NCBI GenBank assembly: GCA_965221695.1
Contig: OZ244905.1
Coordinates: forward strand, 3,232,001 to 3,296,000
Source of the DNA: Gammaproteobacteria bacterium
GTDB taxonomy: Bacteria > Pseudomonadota > Gammaproteobacteria > Eutrophobiales > Eutrophobiaceae
Reading direction: 5' to 3'
DNA: 64,000 nucleotides
Below the pieces are notes generated by a model. It was not told the origin of the DNA, made no database searches, and saw only the letters and a list, made by a program, of their open reading frames with translations. Below, in pieces: positions 19,440 through 27,584 of the stretch. The translations under genes and the position numbers were made by a program. Position 1 is the first letter of the stretch. Each line of letters begins with the position of its first letter.

Positions 19440-20696
19440 TTATTTTATTATCAATTCCAGCGGCAGTTCGGAAAACTTTTCACAGCCGGTTTCCGTTACC
19501 ATGATGCTTTCACTGTAACCAATACCGTATTGCCGGTATTTCATGTTTGTCGGGGGCATGTGAAAGGTCATGCCGGGTTGCAGCTCACGTTCCTCCCCCT
19601 GGCGCAGTGATAGGATTTCACCCTCGCCCCAGTCCGGCGGATAATTGATGCCGATGGAATATCCCAGCCGGTTACGATAGTTATCTCCAAATCCAAGCCT
19701 GCGCACGAAACTGCGCACATGCTCATCACATTCATGCGATGTCCGTCCCGGCCTGATAAAAGCCAGGGCCTCACCGACGGCATCGATCAACGCCCGGGCG
19801 CAGTCAAGCATTTCCTGTGCCGGATTGCCCAGGAAGATGGTGTACATGCGCGCGCAGCAATAACGGTGTTGTGAAGCTGAAATTTCGAAGAACATTACAT
19901 CATCCTGTTTCAGCATGTTGCTGCCGCCGGTCTGGTGCGGCAGGCAACTGCGTTCACCGGCCAATACGAAAGGCGGCAGGCCCATGTATTCTCCGCCGTT
20001 TTCAAAAATGGTCTTATTGACGATGGCGTTGATGGCGTCGGCTGAGACACCGGGCGCCGAAGCGTTCCAGCCAGCTTGCATGGCCTTGTCGACGATGGTT
20101 GAAGACTTGCGCATCACTGCGATCTCTTCGTGGGATTTAATCATGCGGGCATCCCAGAGCGCTTGGGTGGCATCGGTGAACTCCGCCTGCGGCAAATCCT
20201 TGCGCAGACTGTCATGCTCCTCCACGGTGTAGTAAAAACCCTGCTTTTCCACGCCGATGCGCTTTCCCTCCAGCCCCAGTTCCAACAGTACGCCGGCTGT
20301 GACCGAAGGCGGGTGATCATCTTCTTCCACCAATACCGAACGGGTTATCCAACTGTATTCCGGGACATTGAGGATCTCATAGCTGCGGATGACGAACACG
20401 GGATCCTGATCCGGTGTAACCACGATGCAATGATATTTATAGTAACCAGGGGTTTCATAACCACAAAGGTAAGTGATATTCTCCGGGCCACGCACCAACA
20501 GCGCATCGAGTCCCTCGGCTTCCATCCGCGCCAGTATCTTGTCATAGCGGCGCTGGAATTCCTCCAGGCTGAAGGCCAGGCGGTCGCTGTGAGCAAAGGT
20601 GATGGTATGGCCGTTCGCCAGTGTGCGCGGTTGCTTCCGGACTTCCGCCTCGGTTGCAATATCATAGACGTCGATTACAGGTTTGAAGATAGCCAC
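19440..20696 (-). CDS. M24-family hydrolase, ectoine hydrolase (EutD/DoeA)-like
   Basis: FSLEEFQRR, RMIKSHEEI and GYSIGINYPPDWGE...LQPGMTFH; AAGGAG RBS. Confidence 0.8.
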   Translation of the reverse strand: MAIFKPVIDVYDIATEAEVRKQPRTLANGHTITFAHSDRLAFSLEEFQRRYDKILARMEAEGLDALLVRGPENITYLCGYETPGYYKYHCIVVTPDQDPVFVIRSYEILNVPEYSWITRSVLVEEDDHPPSVTAGVLLELGLEGKRIGVEKQGFYYTVEEHDSLRKDLPQAEFTDATQALWDARMIKSHEEIAVMRKSSTIVDKAMQAGWNASAPGVSADAINAIVNKTIFENGGEYMGLPPFVLAGERSCLPHQTGGSNMLKQDDVMFFEISASQHRYCCARMYTIFLGNPAQEMLDCARALIDAVGEALAFIRPGRTSHECDEHVRSFVRRLGFGDNYRNRLGYSIGINYPPDWGEGEILSLRQGEERELQPGMTFHMPPTNMKYRQYGIGYSESIMVTETGCEKFSELPLELIIK

Positions 20697-20730
20697 GATA
20701 TACTCCTTGATGTCTGGTTGATTATATTTT

Positions 20731-20760
20731 GGAAGCTCTAACTTAATCTCTGAGCTTCTT
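20731..20760. repeat. Degenerate palindromic core of the MITE-like family
   Basis: GGAAGCTCTAACTTAATCTCTGAGCTTCTT, similar to hairpin 5 of the 22457-22616 element. Confidence 0.6.
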
Positions 20761-20778
20761 TTTCATTATAATGCTGAC

Positions 20779-21543
20779 ATGCCTGAAACTTCCAAACTTG
20801 ATATAGATTATAACCTCGATAACGGCCCGGCAACTTACCGGATCGGTCTTATCGTGATGGATACGGACGAAACGTCCGAGTGGGATTTCCAACGATTGTT
20901 GCCCGCTGACGGCGAAGTAATATTCTATGCCACAAGGATAACGACTGTGAATCCGGTCACTCTGGACAACCTGCGCAGACATGGACCGCAACTGGCCCGT
21001 TCTGCGTCCCTGTTGTTGCCCAACGTTGATTTGGATGCGATTGTTTATAGCTGCACTTCAGGTACCGTAGCCATGGGATTTGCGGAGGTACAGGCCCAGG
21101 TTCAGCAGGGAAGACCGCAGGCGCCGGTCATCACCCCGATTACTGCCGCGATAGCAGCCTTTCGGCAACTGCGCATTGATACGATATCCCTGTTGACGCC
21201 TTATCTTGACCCGGTGAATCAGTCAATGTGTGAATTCATCGAAAAAAACGGTGTTGCTGTGAAGAATATAAGCAGTTTCTGCGAGCAAAGTGACGTGGAC
21301 ATAGCCCGCATCCCGCCTGCGGCGATTATTGAAGGGGCACGTTCATGCTATCGGCAGGGAAGTGATGCCTTGTTTATTTCCTGTACTGCCTTGCGGGCCG
21401 CCGCACAAGCGAGCAGACTTGAGGCGGAACTGGGCGTGCCTGTGCTCACCAGCAACCAGTGCATGTTCTGGCAGGCCCTGCGCACGGCCGGTTACCGCAA
21501 GCCGCTATCCAGCCATGGCCGGATACTGGAAACGTCCGGTTGA
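20779..21543 (+). CDS. eutA: EutA-like Asp/Glu racemase / maleate isomerase family protein
   Basis: IGLIVMDTDETSE.DF, NPVTLDNL, YSCTSG, ISCTAL and TSNQ motifs. Confidence 0.78.
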   Translation: MPETSKLDIDYNLDNGPATYRIGLIVMDTDETSEWDFQRLLPADGEVIFYATRITTVNPVTLDNLRRHGPQLARSASLLLPNVDLDAIVYSCTSGTVAMGFAEVQAQVQQGRPQAPVITPITAAIAAFRQLRIDTISLLTPYLDPVNQSMCEFIEKNGVAVKNISSFCEQSDVDIARIPPAAIIEGARSCYRQGSDALFISCTALRAAAQASRLEAELGVPVLTSNQCMFWQALRTAGYRKPLSSHGRILETSG

Positions 21544-21571
21544 TCGCGCGCCTCCCGGAAGCTTCCGGTTG

Positions 21572-22345
21572 TTATTGGCCTATAGTGCGATCCCGACCGA
21601 TGATCTTCATCAGCAGTTGAGCTGGCGGACCTGCTAGAGCCCCTCCATCCACGACGATTGATTGGCCGGTAATATAGGCGCTTTCATCAGCGGCCAGGAA
21701 GTGGAATACACCGGCGATATCGTCGGTTGAACCTATGCGGCCCAACGCCGTGAGGGCATTGCTCAAGTTCTCTCCTTCATCGCCACTGCCCATGTCAGTA
21801 TCAATATAGCCGGGACATACGGCATTAACTCGGATCCTGCGCGGGCCAAGTTCCAGAGCGGACATGCTTGTCAGGCTGAGGACGGCTTTTTTCGCTGCGC
21901 TGTATACCGCAGTGCCGATCATGTTCTTGAAAGCCGCTGCTGAAGAAGTATTGATGATGGAACCGCCGTCGTTCATGTGCGCGGGGGCATGTTTCAAACC
22001 GTACAACACGCCCCACTGGTTGATGCGCGTGACTTTTTCAATCAGCCATTGTTCGGTCTCTTCGATCTTCGGGCCGATATCGCCGACGCCGGCATTATTG
22101 CAAACGATATCGAGCCTGGCGCCGAGGAAGTCGACGGTTTCAGCCAGGGCTCGAGCCAAGCTTTTTTCATTGCCGACATCGACCGTGACAAACGTTGCGC
22201 CAATTTCTTCCGCAACCCGGGCGCCATCCTCAATATCGGCGATAACAACCCGTGCGCCGGCCTGGATGAAGCGGGCGGCCACAGCCCGACCGATACCGCG
22301 CTTGCCGCCCGTGATAAACGCCGTTTTGCCTTGCAGGGAAAACAT
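21572..22345 (-). CDS. SDR family oxidoreductase (paralog of 30757-31524)
   Basis: TGGKRGIG, NNAG and YSAAK motifs. Confidence 0.92.
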   Translation of the reverse strand: MFSLQGKTAFITGGKRGIGRAVAARFIQAGARVVIADIEDGARVAEEIGATFVTVDVGNEKSLARALAETVDFLGARLDIVCNNAGVGDIGPKIEETEQWLIEKVTRINQWGVLYGLKHAPAHMNDGGSIINTSSAAAFKNMIGTAVYSAAKKAVLSLTSMSALELGPRRIRVNAVCPGYIDTDMGSGDEGENLSNALTALGRIGSTDDIAGVFHFLAADESAYITGQSIVVDGGALAGPPAQLLMKIIGRDRTIGQ

Positions 22346-22424
22346 GATTAAACCTTCCTCTATAAATTGCTGAGACGATAATTATGGGATCAGGACAGAC
22401 AACCGTTATTTTAGTTTATCATTT

Positions 22425-22453
22425 TTAACACTTTACTGGCTCCTGAGTATAAT
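22425..22453 (+). promoter_or_regulatory. Sigma70-type promoter
   Basis: TTAACA-N17-TATAAT. Confidence 0.65.
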
Positions 22454-22456
22454 ATA

Positions 22457-22616
22457 AAGGAAACTCTGAACAAGTCCATCCTGGACTTGTCAGAGTACGG
22501 AAAACAAAAATGCGATTTTTGTTTTCCTCACAATATCAATGCCTTACAGTCATTGATATTGACGATACATCCTTGTATCGTAGGAACCTCTGAGACTTAA
22601 TCTCAGAGGTTCCTAA
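22457..22616. mobile_element. Full-length five-hairpin MITE-like element
   Basis: Terminal inverted repeats AAGGAAACTCTGA...TCAGAGGTTCCTAA enclose five contiguous palindromes; related copies occur across the window. Confidence 0.75.
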
Positions 22617-22725
22617 ATTTGGAGAGGGATGTAGTCGTCCTGAGACAATGAAAGTTTTTGCGGGACTTACAAGGATCCGGAGCGCCTGAATTGTAGTATG
22701 CAACAATCCCGGAGGGTAATGAGAT

Positions 22726-24432
22726 ATGGCAAAAATTCATGGCGGTGAAATACTTGTTCGAGCGCTTCTAGCAGCGCGGATAGATACCTTGTTTGGTCTT
22801 GAAGGCGGTCATATCGATTTGATTATCCATGCCGCCCGCGACGCCGGCTTCAAGAGCATTGATGTGCGGCATGAGGCGGTTGCAGGTTATGCTGCTGACG
22901 CTTATATCCGCACCTGTGGCAAACCGGCCGTATGCGTAACGACTGCTGGTCCGGGGTTTGCCAATGTGATTACGGCCATTGTCAGTTCTTACCTGGATCG
23001 CATTCCAGTATTGCATGTAGCTGGTGCGGTGCCACTCAGAGAAGCTGAAACCAATGCGCTGCAAGGTGATTTTGATCAAGTGGCCATGGTGCGCCCTGTA
23101 ACCAAGTGGGCTGAACGGGCGACGTCTGTGGAAATGATTGCGCCACTGGCATACGCCGCTATCAAGGCCATGTTTGCGGGGGCGCCTGGACCGGCGTTTC
23201 TGGAAATTCCGATTGATGTGCTGTTTTCCGAAATTGAGGAGGATTCCATTGAGATTTCCTCCCTGGCGCCTGTATCGCCACGTCCTGCGCCGGGAGCAGT
23301 TGAGTTGGCGCGCGCCATGTCGTTACTGGCAAAGGCCAGGCGTCCTGCCATACTGGCAGGCAGCGGCGCGATATTATCGCAGTGTTCGGAACAACTGCAG
23401 CAATTTGCCGAACTGGCTTCGACCCCGGTGTTCACAAATATCAAGGCGCTTGGCATTCTCCCGGGAAAGCATCCGTTGGCCTGCGGTAGTTTTACCAATC
23501 TTGCGCGCAGTTCGCTGGAACCGGATGTCATATTGATCCTGGGCGCCCGCAATGGAATGTACATGGGTGGGCCGACTCACGCCGTCATCCCTGCCGATGC
23601 AAAGATTATCCATGTGGATGTGGATTTCCGGGAAATTGGTCGAATGCACCCGGCCGATGTCCCTATCGTCGCAGATTGCCGGGAAACACTATCGGCAATG
23701 CTCAAAGAGAAGGTTGCCTGGCCCGAGCGCGCCGATTGGGTTGCCCAGGCAAAGAGGGCAGGGGATTGGCGCCGGGAGCGATACGGCCACGCGCTGACTG
23801 ATGAAGAGTTGCCTATGCATCCATACCGGGTCGCGGCTGTGATTGCCGAATACATCAATGACAGAACTGTTATTGTTCAGGACGGTGGTGATACAGGAGG
23901 CTGGGCGGAGATCACCGTTTCAGAGAAAATCCCCGGTCCTGGAAAACATCTTGCCATCGGGTACTTGGGAAATCTTGGCATGCACCAGGGGTTTGCGATT
24001 GCCGCCCAGTGTGCCTATCCGGATCACAAGGTAATTTGCCTGACCGGAGACGGCGCGGCAGGGTTCCAACTACAGGAGTTCGACACCATGGTACGTCATA
24101 ACCTGCCTATCATCACGGTCGTATTCAATAATCTTGCCTGGGGAATGAGTTACGAATTTCAGATAAGGCAGGAACACGGCTTGTCATGGGTGGAGTTGCA
24201 AGATAACCTGCGCTATGACTTGGTATGCGAAGCATGTGGCGGTCACGGTGAATTTGTTCAGACTGCGGCAGAATTGAAACCCGCGCTCGAACGCGCGCTC
24301 GCATCCTCCAGGCCGGCCTGTATAAACGTTATGTGCAGATCGGTGGCATCGCCTAAAACAGAGGCCTTCATGCAGGCGGAAGGTGTAGACGACATCATTC
24401 TTCCCTACTACCAGAATCTGAAGCGCAGTTGA
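22726..24432 (+). CDS. ThDP-dependent enzyme, benzaldehyde-lyase-like
   Basis: GGEILVRAL...FGLEGGHID, RHEA, ETNALQGDFDQVAM, GYLGNLG and GDG...EFDTMVRH..NN.WG resemble Pseudomonas fluorescens BAL. Confidence 0.85.
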   Translation: MAKIHGGEILVRALLAARIDTLFGLEGGHIDLIIHAARDAGFKSIDVRHEAVAGYAADAYIRTCGKPAVCVTTAGPGFANVITAIVSSYLDRIPVLHVAGAVPLREAETNALQGDFDQVAMVRPVTKWAERATSVEMIAPLAYAAIKAMFAGAPGPAFLEIPIDVLFSEIEEDSIEISSLAPVSPRPAPGAVELARAMSLLAKARRPAILAGSGAILSQCSEQLQQFAELASTPVFTNIKALGILPGKHPLACGSFTNLARSSLEPDVILILGARNGMYMGGPTHAVIPADAKIIHVDVDFREIGRMHPADVPIVADCRETLSAMLKEKVAWPERADWVAQAKRAGDWRRERYGHALTDEELPMHPYRVAAVIAEYINDRTVIVQDGGDTGGWAEITVSEKIPGPGKHLAIGYLGNLGMHQGFAIAAQCAYPDHKVICLTGDGAAGFQLQEFDTMVRHNLPIITVVFNNLAWGMSYEFQIRQEHGLSWVELQDNLRYDLVCEACGGHGEFVQTAAELKPALERALASSRPACINVMCRSVASPKTEAFMQAEGVDDIILPYYQNLKRS

Positions 24433-24474
24433 TTCCCTCCGAAACCGGCTCCGAGTAGATGCGGAGACTTCGGG

Positions 24475-25728
24475 TTAGTCTTGGCCCCGCATCAGCAGCA
24501 ATACTGTCTGAAGCAGCACATTGGCTCCTTGTTCCAGGTGTCGCCAGTCCGTATTCTCGTCTCTCCGGTGGCTGCGTCCTCCCTTACTGGGGACAAAAAT
24601 CATCCCGCTGTCAGTGATGCGACTTAGGTTCTGTGCGTCATGCAGCGCTCCCGAGGGCATGTTGTGGGCAGAGATCCCCAATCCGTCGCAGGCGGTAGTT
24701 ATGCTGTTCCGCACCCGTGTTGACATCTGTGCAGCGCTTGCTTCAGGTATGTTTTCAAAGCGCACTTCCAAACGGTGTTTTGCTGCAATATCCTTCGCCA
24801 GGTTTATGGTTTCCTTTGCGAGTCTCTGCTTGGCGGCGTCTTCAACCTCGCGGATCTCCTGGAATAGCCTGACCTCTCCCGGCACGATATTGTGTGATTG
24901 TGGTTTCAACTCGACAATGCCATAAGTGATCCTAACGCGCCCGGGGGTGCCATGCTTGAGCACATGGGCGCGGGCCCGTGTGCAAAATTCCGCTGCCCCG
25001 GTGAATGCGTCACGGCGCAAGTCCATGGGTGTGGTGCCGGAATGGTTGGACTCACCCGTAAAGGTGATCCACAGGTTACTGTTGCCGGCGATCGCTTCCA
25101 CGTTGCCGATGGACAGGCCCAAGGCTTCCAGCACAGGGCCTTGTTCTATGTGTAATTCCACATAGGCTGAAATTTCATCGGGTTGGCGTATGGCCCGGGC
25201 TGCATCAGCCGCTTCAAAGCCGGCAGACTGCATGGCAGTCGTCAGAGGTTCGCCGGCGGCATTTCTGGCGTTGTAGAGTTCATCCATATCCAACAGGCCG
25301 CAAACCGCTTTTGAGCCCAGGGCATCGAAGAAATGGCCTTCCTCGTCCACGAAGGCCACGCATTCGAAAGCCATCGGTAAACGTATTGCCTGTTGCTTCA
25401 ATACGCGCGCTACTTCCAGGGCGGCCAACACGCCATAAGCGCCGTCCAGCGGTCCGCCGTCGGGCACGGTGTCGATATGTGACCCGGCCATGATGCAGGG
25501 CACGTCATCCGCGCCGATACGGCCAATCACATTGCCTACGGCATCATTGCGATTTGCGATCCCGGCTTCGGTGAGGCGGGAACGCAGCCAGGCCCTGGCC
25601 TCCTCGTACTGCGGGGAAAAAGCGGGGCGAAACAAGCTCCCTTGACTATTGCGGCCGATGGCAGACAACGAGTCGATATCAGCGCGCAGCGTTTCTGCAT
25701 TGATGCGTAGAGATTGCCAGTCGGTCAT
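24475..25728 (-). CDS. M20 Zn amidohydrolase (N-carbamoyl-amino-acid / allantoate amidohydrolase family)
   Basis: GSHIDTV..GG.LDGAYGV, DEEG, ELHIEQGP, HSGTTPM and SGALHDA motifs. Confidence 0.92.
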   Translation of the reverse strand: MTDWQSLRINAETLRADIDSLSAIGRNSQGSLFRPAFSPQYEEARAWLRSRLTEAGIANRNDAVGNVIGRIGADDVPCIMAGSHIDTVPDGGPLDGAYGVLAALEVARVLKQQAIRLPMAFECVAFVDEEGHFFDALGSKAVCGLLDMDELYNARNAAGEPLTTAMQSAGFEAADAARAIRQPDEISAYVELHIEQGPVLEALGLSIGNVEAIAGNSNLWITFTGESNHSGTTPMDLRRDAFTGAAEFCTRARAHVLKHGTPGRVRITYGIVELKPQSHNIVPGEVRLFQEIREVEDAAKQRLAKETINLAKDIAAKHRLEVRFENIPEASAAQMSTRVRNSITTACDGLGISAHNMPSGALHDAQNLSRITDSGMIFVPSKGGRSHRRDENTDWRHLEQGANVLLQTVLLLMRGQD

Positions 25729-25746
25729 ATCAGCTAATTGTATTGC

Positions 25747-26493
25747 TCAGCCCATGTACAAACGACCCAGTTCAACGCGTTGTTGCGGCGCGCCGGCCAA
25801 CCGCAGGAGCTCCCAGAGACTGACGGAATTGGCTGTCAGTACGGGTTTGCCCAATTTCTCTTCAAGTCCGGCGATGAGGTGGAAGGTGGGCAAGGCGGTA
25901 TCCGGGACTAGAATGGCTTCCGCATCGGGGTGGTCAACCGCACATACCGCTTCCTCTACCTGTGCGGCCGGGATCAGCGCCGCATCCCAGCCACTGAGTA
26001 TGTCCAGGCACTGTATGTTTACCGTATGCTTGTTTCGGTGTTCTAGAAACGTTATAAACTTGGCGCTTACCGGTTCCGGGTAACTTGCCATGATGGCGAC
26101 CCGGTTCAGGTTTAACGTATCCAATGCGTGAATGAATGCCAGTGAGGTGGTGCTGGCAGGGCAGCCGGCTGCCTTGCCGATGGCTGAGGCCTGCTCCCTG
26201 GACCATTCATAGCCGCCGACAAAACTGGCGCTGGTACAAGCCCAGATCACCGCGTCCGGGTTCAGTTCCTCTAGTTTGCCGCCGGCAATGCCCAAGGCCG
26301 TTATGTCTCCGCTTTTCAGCAGTGAAGCTACATCATGATCCCTGTCCTCTCCATACAGACGAGTTGTGACCAGGAATATCCTGACCGCGCCGCCGGTTGC
26401 TTCGGCGAACCTGTAATAGTCCTGTTCGCCGCCTCCCACGGGATAGATGACCCCGAGCCTTGTGACTTTTTCTTCCACGTCAGTGTTGCGCAA
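25747..26493 (-). CDS. Maleate cis-trans isomerase / arylmalonate decarboxylase family protein
   Basis: WACTSASF, VPDTALP and GKPVLTAN motifs. Confidence 0.8.
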   Translation of the reverse strand: MRNTDVEEKVTRLGVIYPVGGGEQDYYRFAEATGGAVRIFLVTTRLYGEDRDHDVASLLKSGDITALGIAGGKLEELNPDAVIWACTSASFVGGYEWSREQASAIGKAAGCPASTTSLAFIHALDTLNLNRVAIMASYPEPVSAKFITFLEHRNKHTVNIQCLDILSGWDAALIPAAQVEEAVCAVDHPDAEAILVPDTALPTFHLIAGLEEKLGKPVLTANSVSLWELLRLAGAPQQRVELGRLYMG

Positions 26494-27544
26494 CCGGCAG
26501 TTTTACGTCCAGCTCCGCAGCCACCTTAGAAATTATCCGCCAGGTAGCCTTGAGCACCGGCACGCCGTGTTGCAACCGCCGTTCCCGTTCTGCAAAGGCC
26601 TGTTCTCCCGGTATCCGTATCTCGTCAACACCGGGGGCTTTTTTTGACGCTTTGATCCGGCTGATATAGTCATTTGCGGCCGCTTCGAATGCGCCGGCTT
26701 CCTGGAAACAGGTCGGGTCGACGGCAATGAAAAAGTGGCCCATCCCATCAATTTTCTCGCCGGTATACAGCCCCCAGAGATCCGGGGCCAGCGCGCTGCC
26801 GGTAAGCGGACCGCTGAGTAACGCGACACAGAGCGCGATCCCGAAGCCTTTATGGCCGGCGAGTGGGCTGATCGCGCCTTCCCGGATGGCCGCGGCGTCT
26901 GTTGTCGGCAGTCCGTCGGGGCCGATGCCGGTTCCCGCCGGCACCGTTTCTCCGTGGTATGCAGCCTGGCGTATACGGGCGCTGGACAGCGCGCTCGTGG
27001 CCATATCAAATACCAGCGGATCCTGCTTGCCGGCAGGGAAGCCGAAGGCCAGGGGATTGGTGCTCAACATGCGTTCCACCCCTCCGTAAGGGTGAACCAG
27101 CGGCGGTCCCGCAGTGAAAGCGAGACCTACCATACCTGCCCGGGCCATACGCTCGGCATAGAATCCCAGCATGAAGATATCCGAACTGTTGGTTACGCCT
27201 ACGGCACAGACGCCAAATTCCCGGGCCTTGGCAACGGCTTCGTCCACTGCCATCAGCGCGGCCGGTTGGCCCAGGCCCTTGTTTCCGTCGACCAGGATAC
27301 CGGCTTTATGCTCCCAGCAGATTTTCGCGCGCGCATCCGCGCTGATCACGCCACTGCGAATGTAATCCAGGATGTAAGGCATATAGTCGATGCCCTGCAA
27401 TCCTTTGCCGCGCAGGTCGGCTTCAAAATGTACCAGGGCCGCTTGCTCCGCAATGTCATCAGGGCAACCGACCGCACACAGCAACCGCCGCATCAGTGAG
27501 AACAGTTCTTCTGCGTCTATGACCAGTTCCGGTCTTTCTGTCAT
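26480..27544 (-). CDS. Ldh_2 family oxidoreductase (ComC/AllD-like)
   Basis: EADLRG, VDGNKGLG, STNPLAFG, DMATS, GHKGFG and RIPGE motifs; start set at MTERPE. Confidence 0.88.
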   Translation of the reverse strand: MTERPELVIDAEELFSLMRRLLCAVGCPDDIAEQAALVHFEADLRGKGLQGIDYMPYILDYIRSGVISADARAKICWEHKAGILVDGNKGLGQPAALMAVDEAVAKAREFGVCAVGVTNSSDIFMLGFYAERMARAGMVGLAFTAGPPLVHPYGGVERMLSTNPLAFGFPAGKQDPLVFDMATSALSSARIRQAAYHGETVPAGTGIGPDGLPTTDAAAIREGAISPLAGHKGFGIALCVALLSGPLTGSALAPDLWGLYTGEKIDGMGHFFIAVDPTCFQEAGAFEAAANDYISRIKASKKAPGVDEIRIPGEQAFAERERRLQHGVPVLKATWRIISKVAAELDVKLPVAQH

Positions 27545-27584
27545 CTGCTCTTCCTGTCGGGATACCGATTTAATGCTGCCCGCG

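Noticed and set aside
22457-22616. Palindromes as a CRISPR array or integron attC sites
   Set aside because: No repeat-spacer periodicity, no cas or integrase genes, and no RYYYAAC/GTTRRRY ends.
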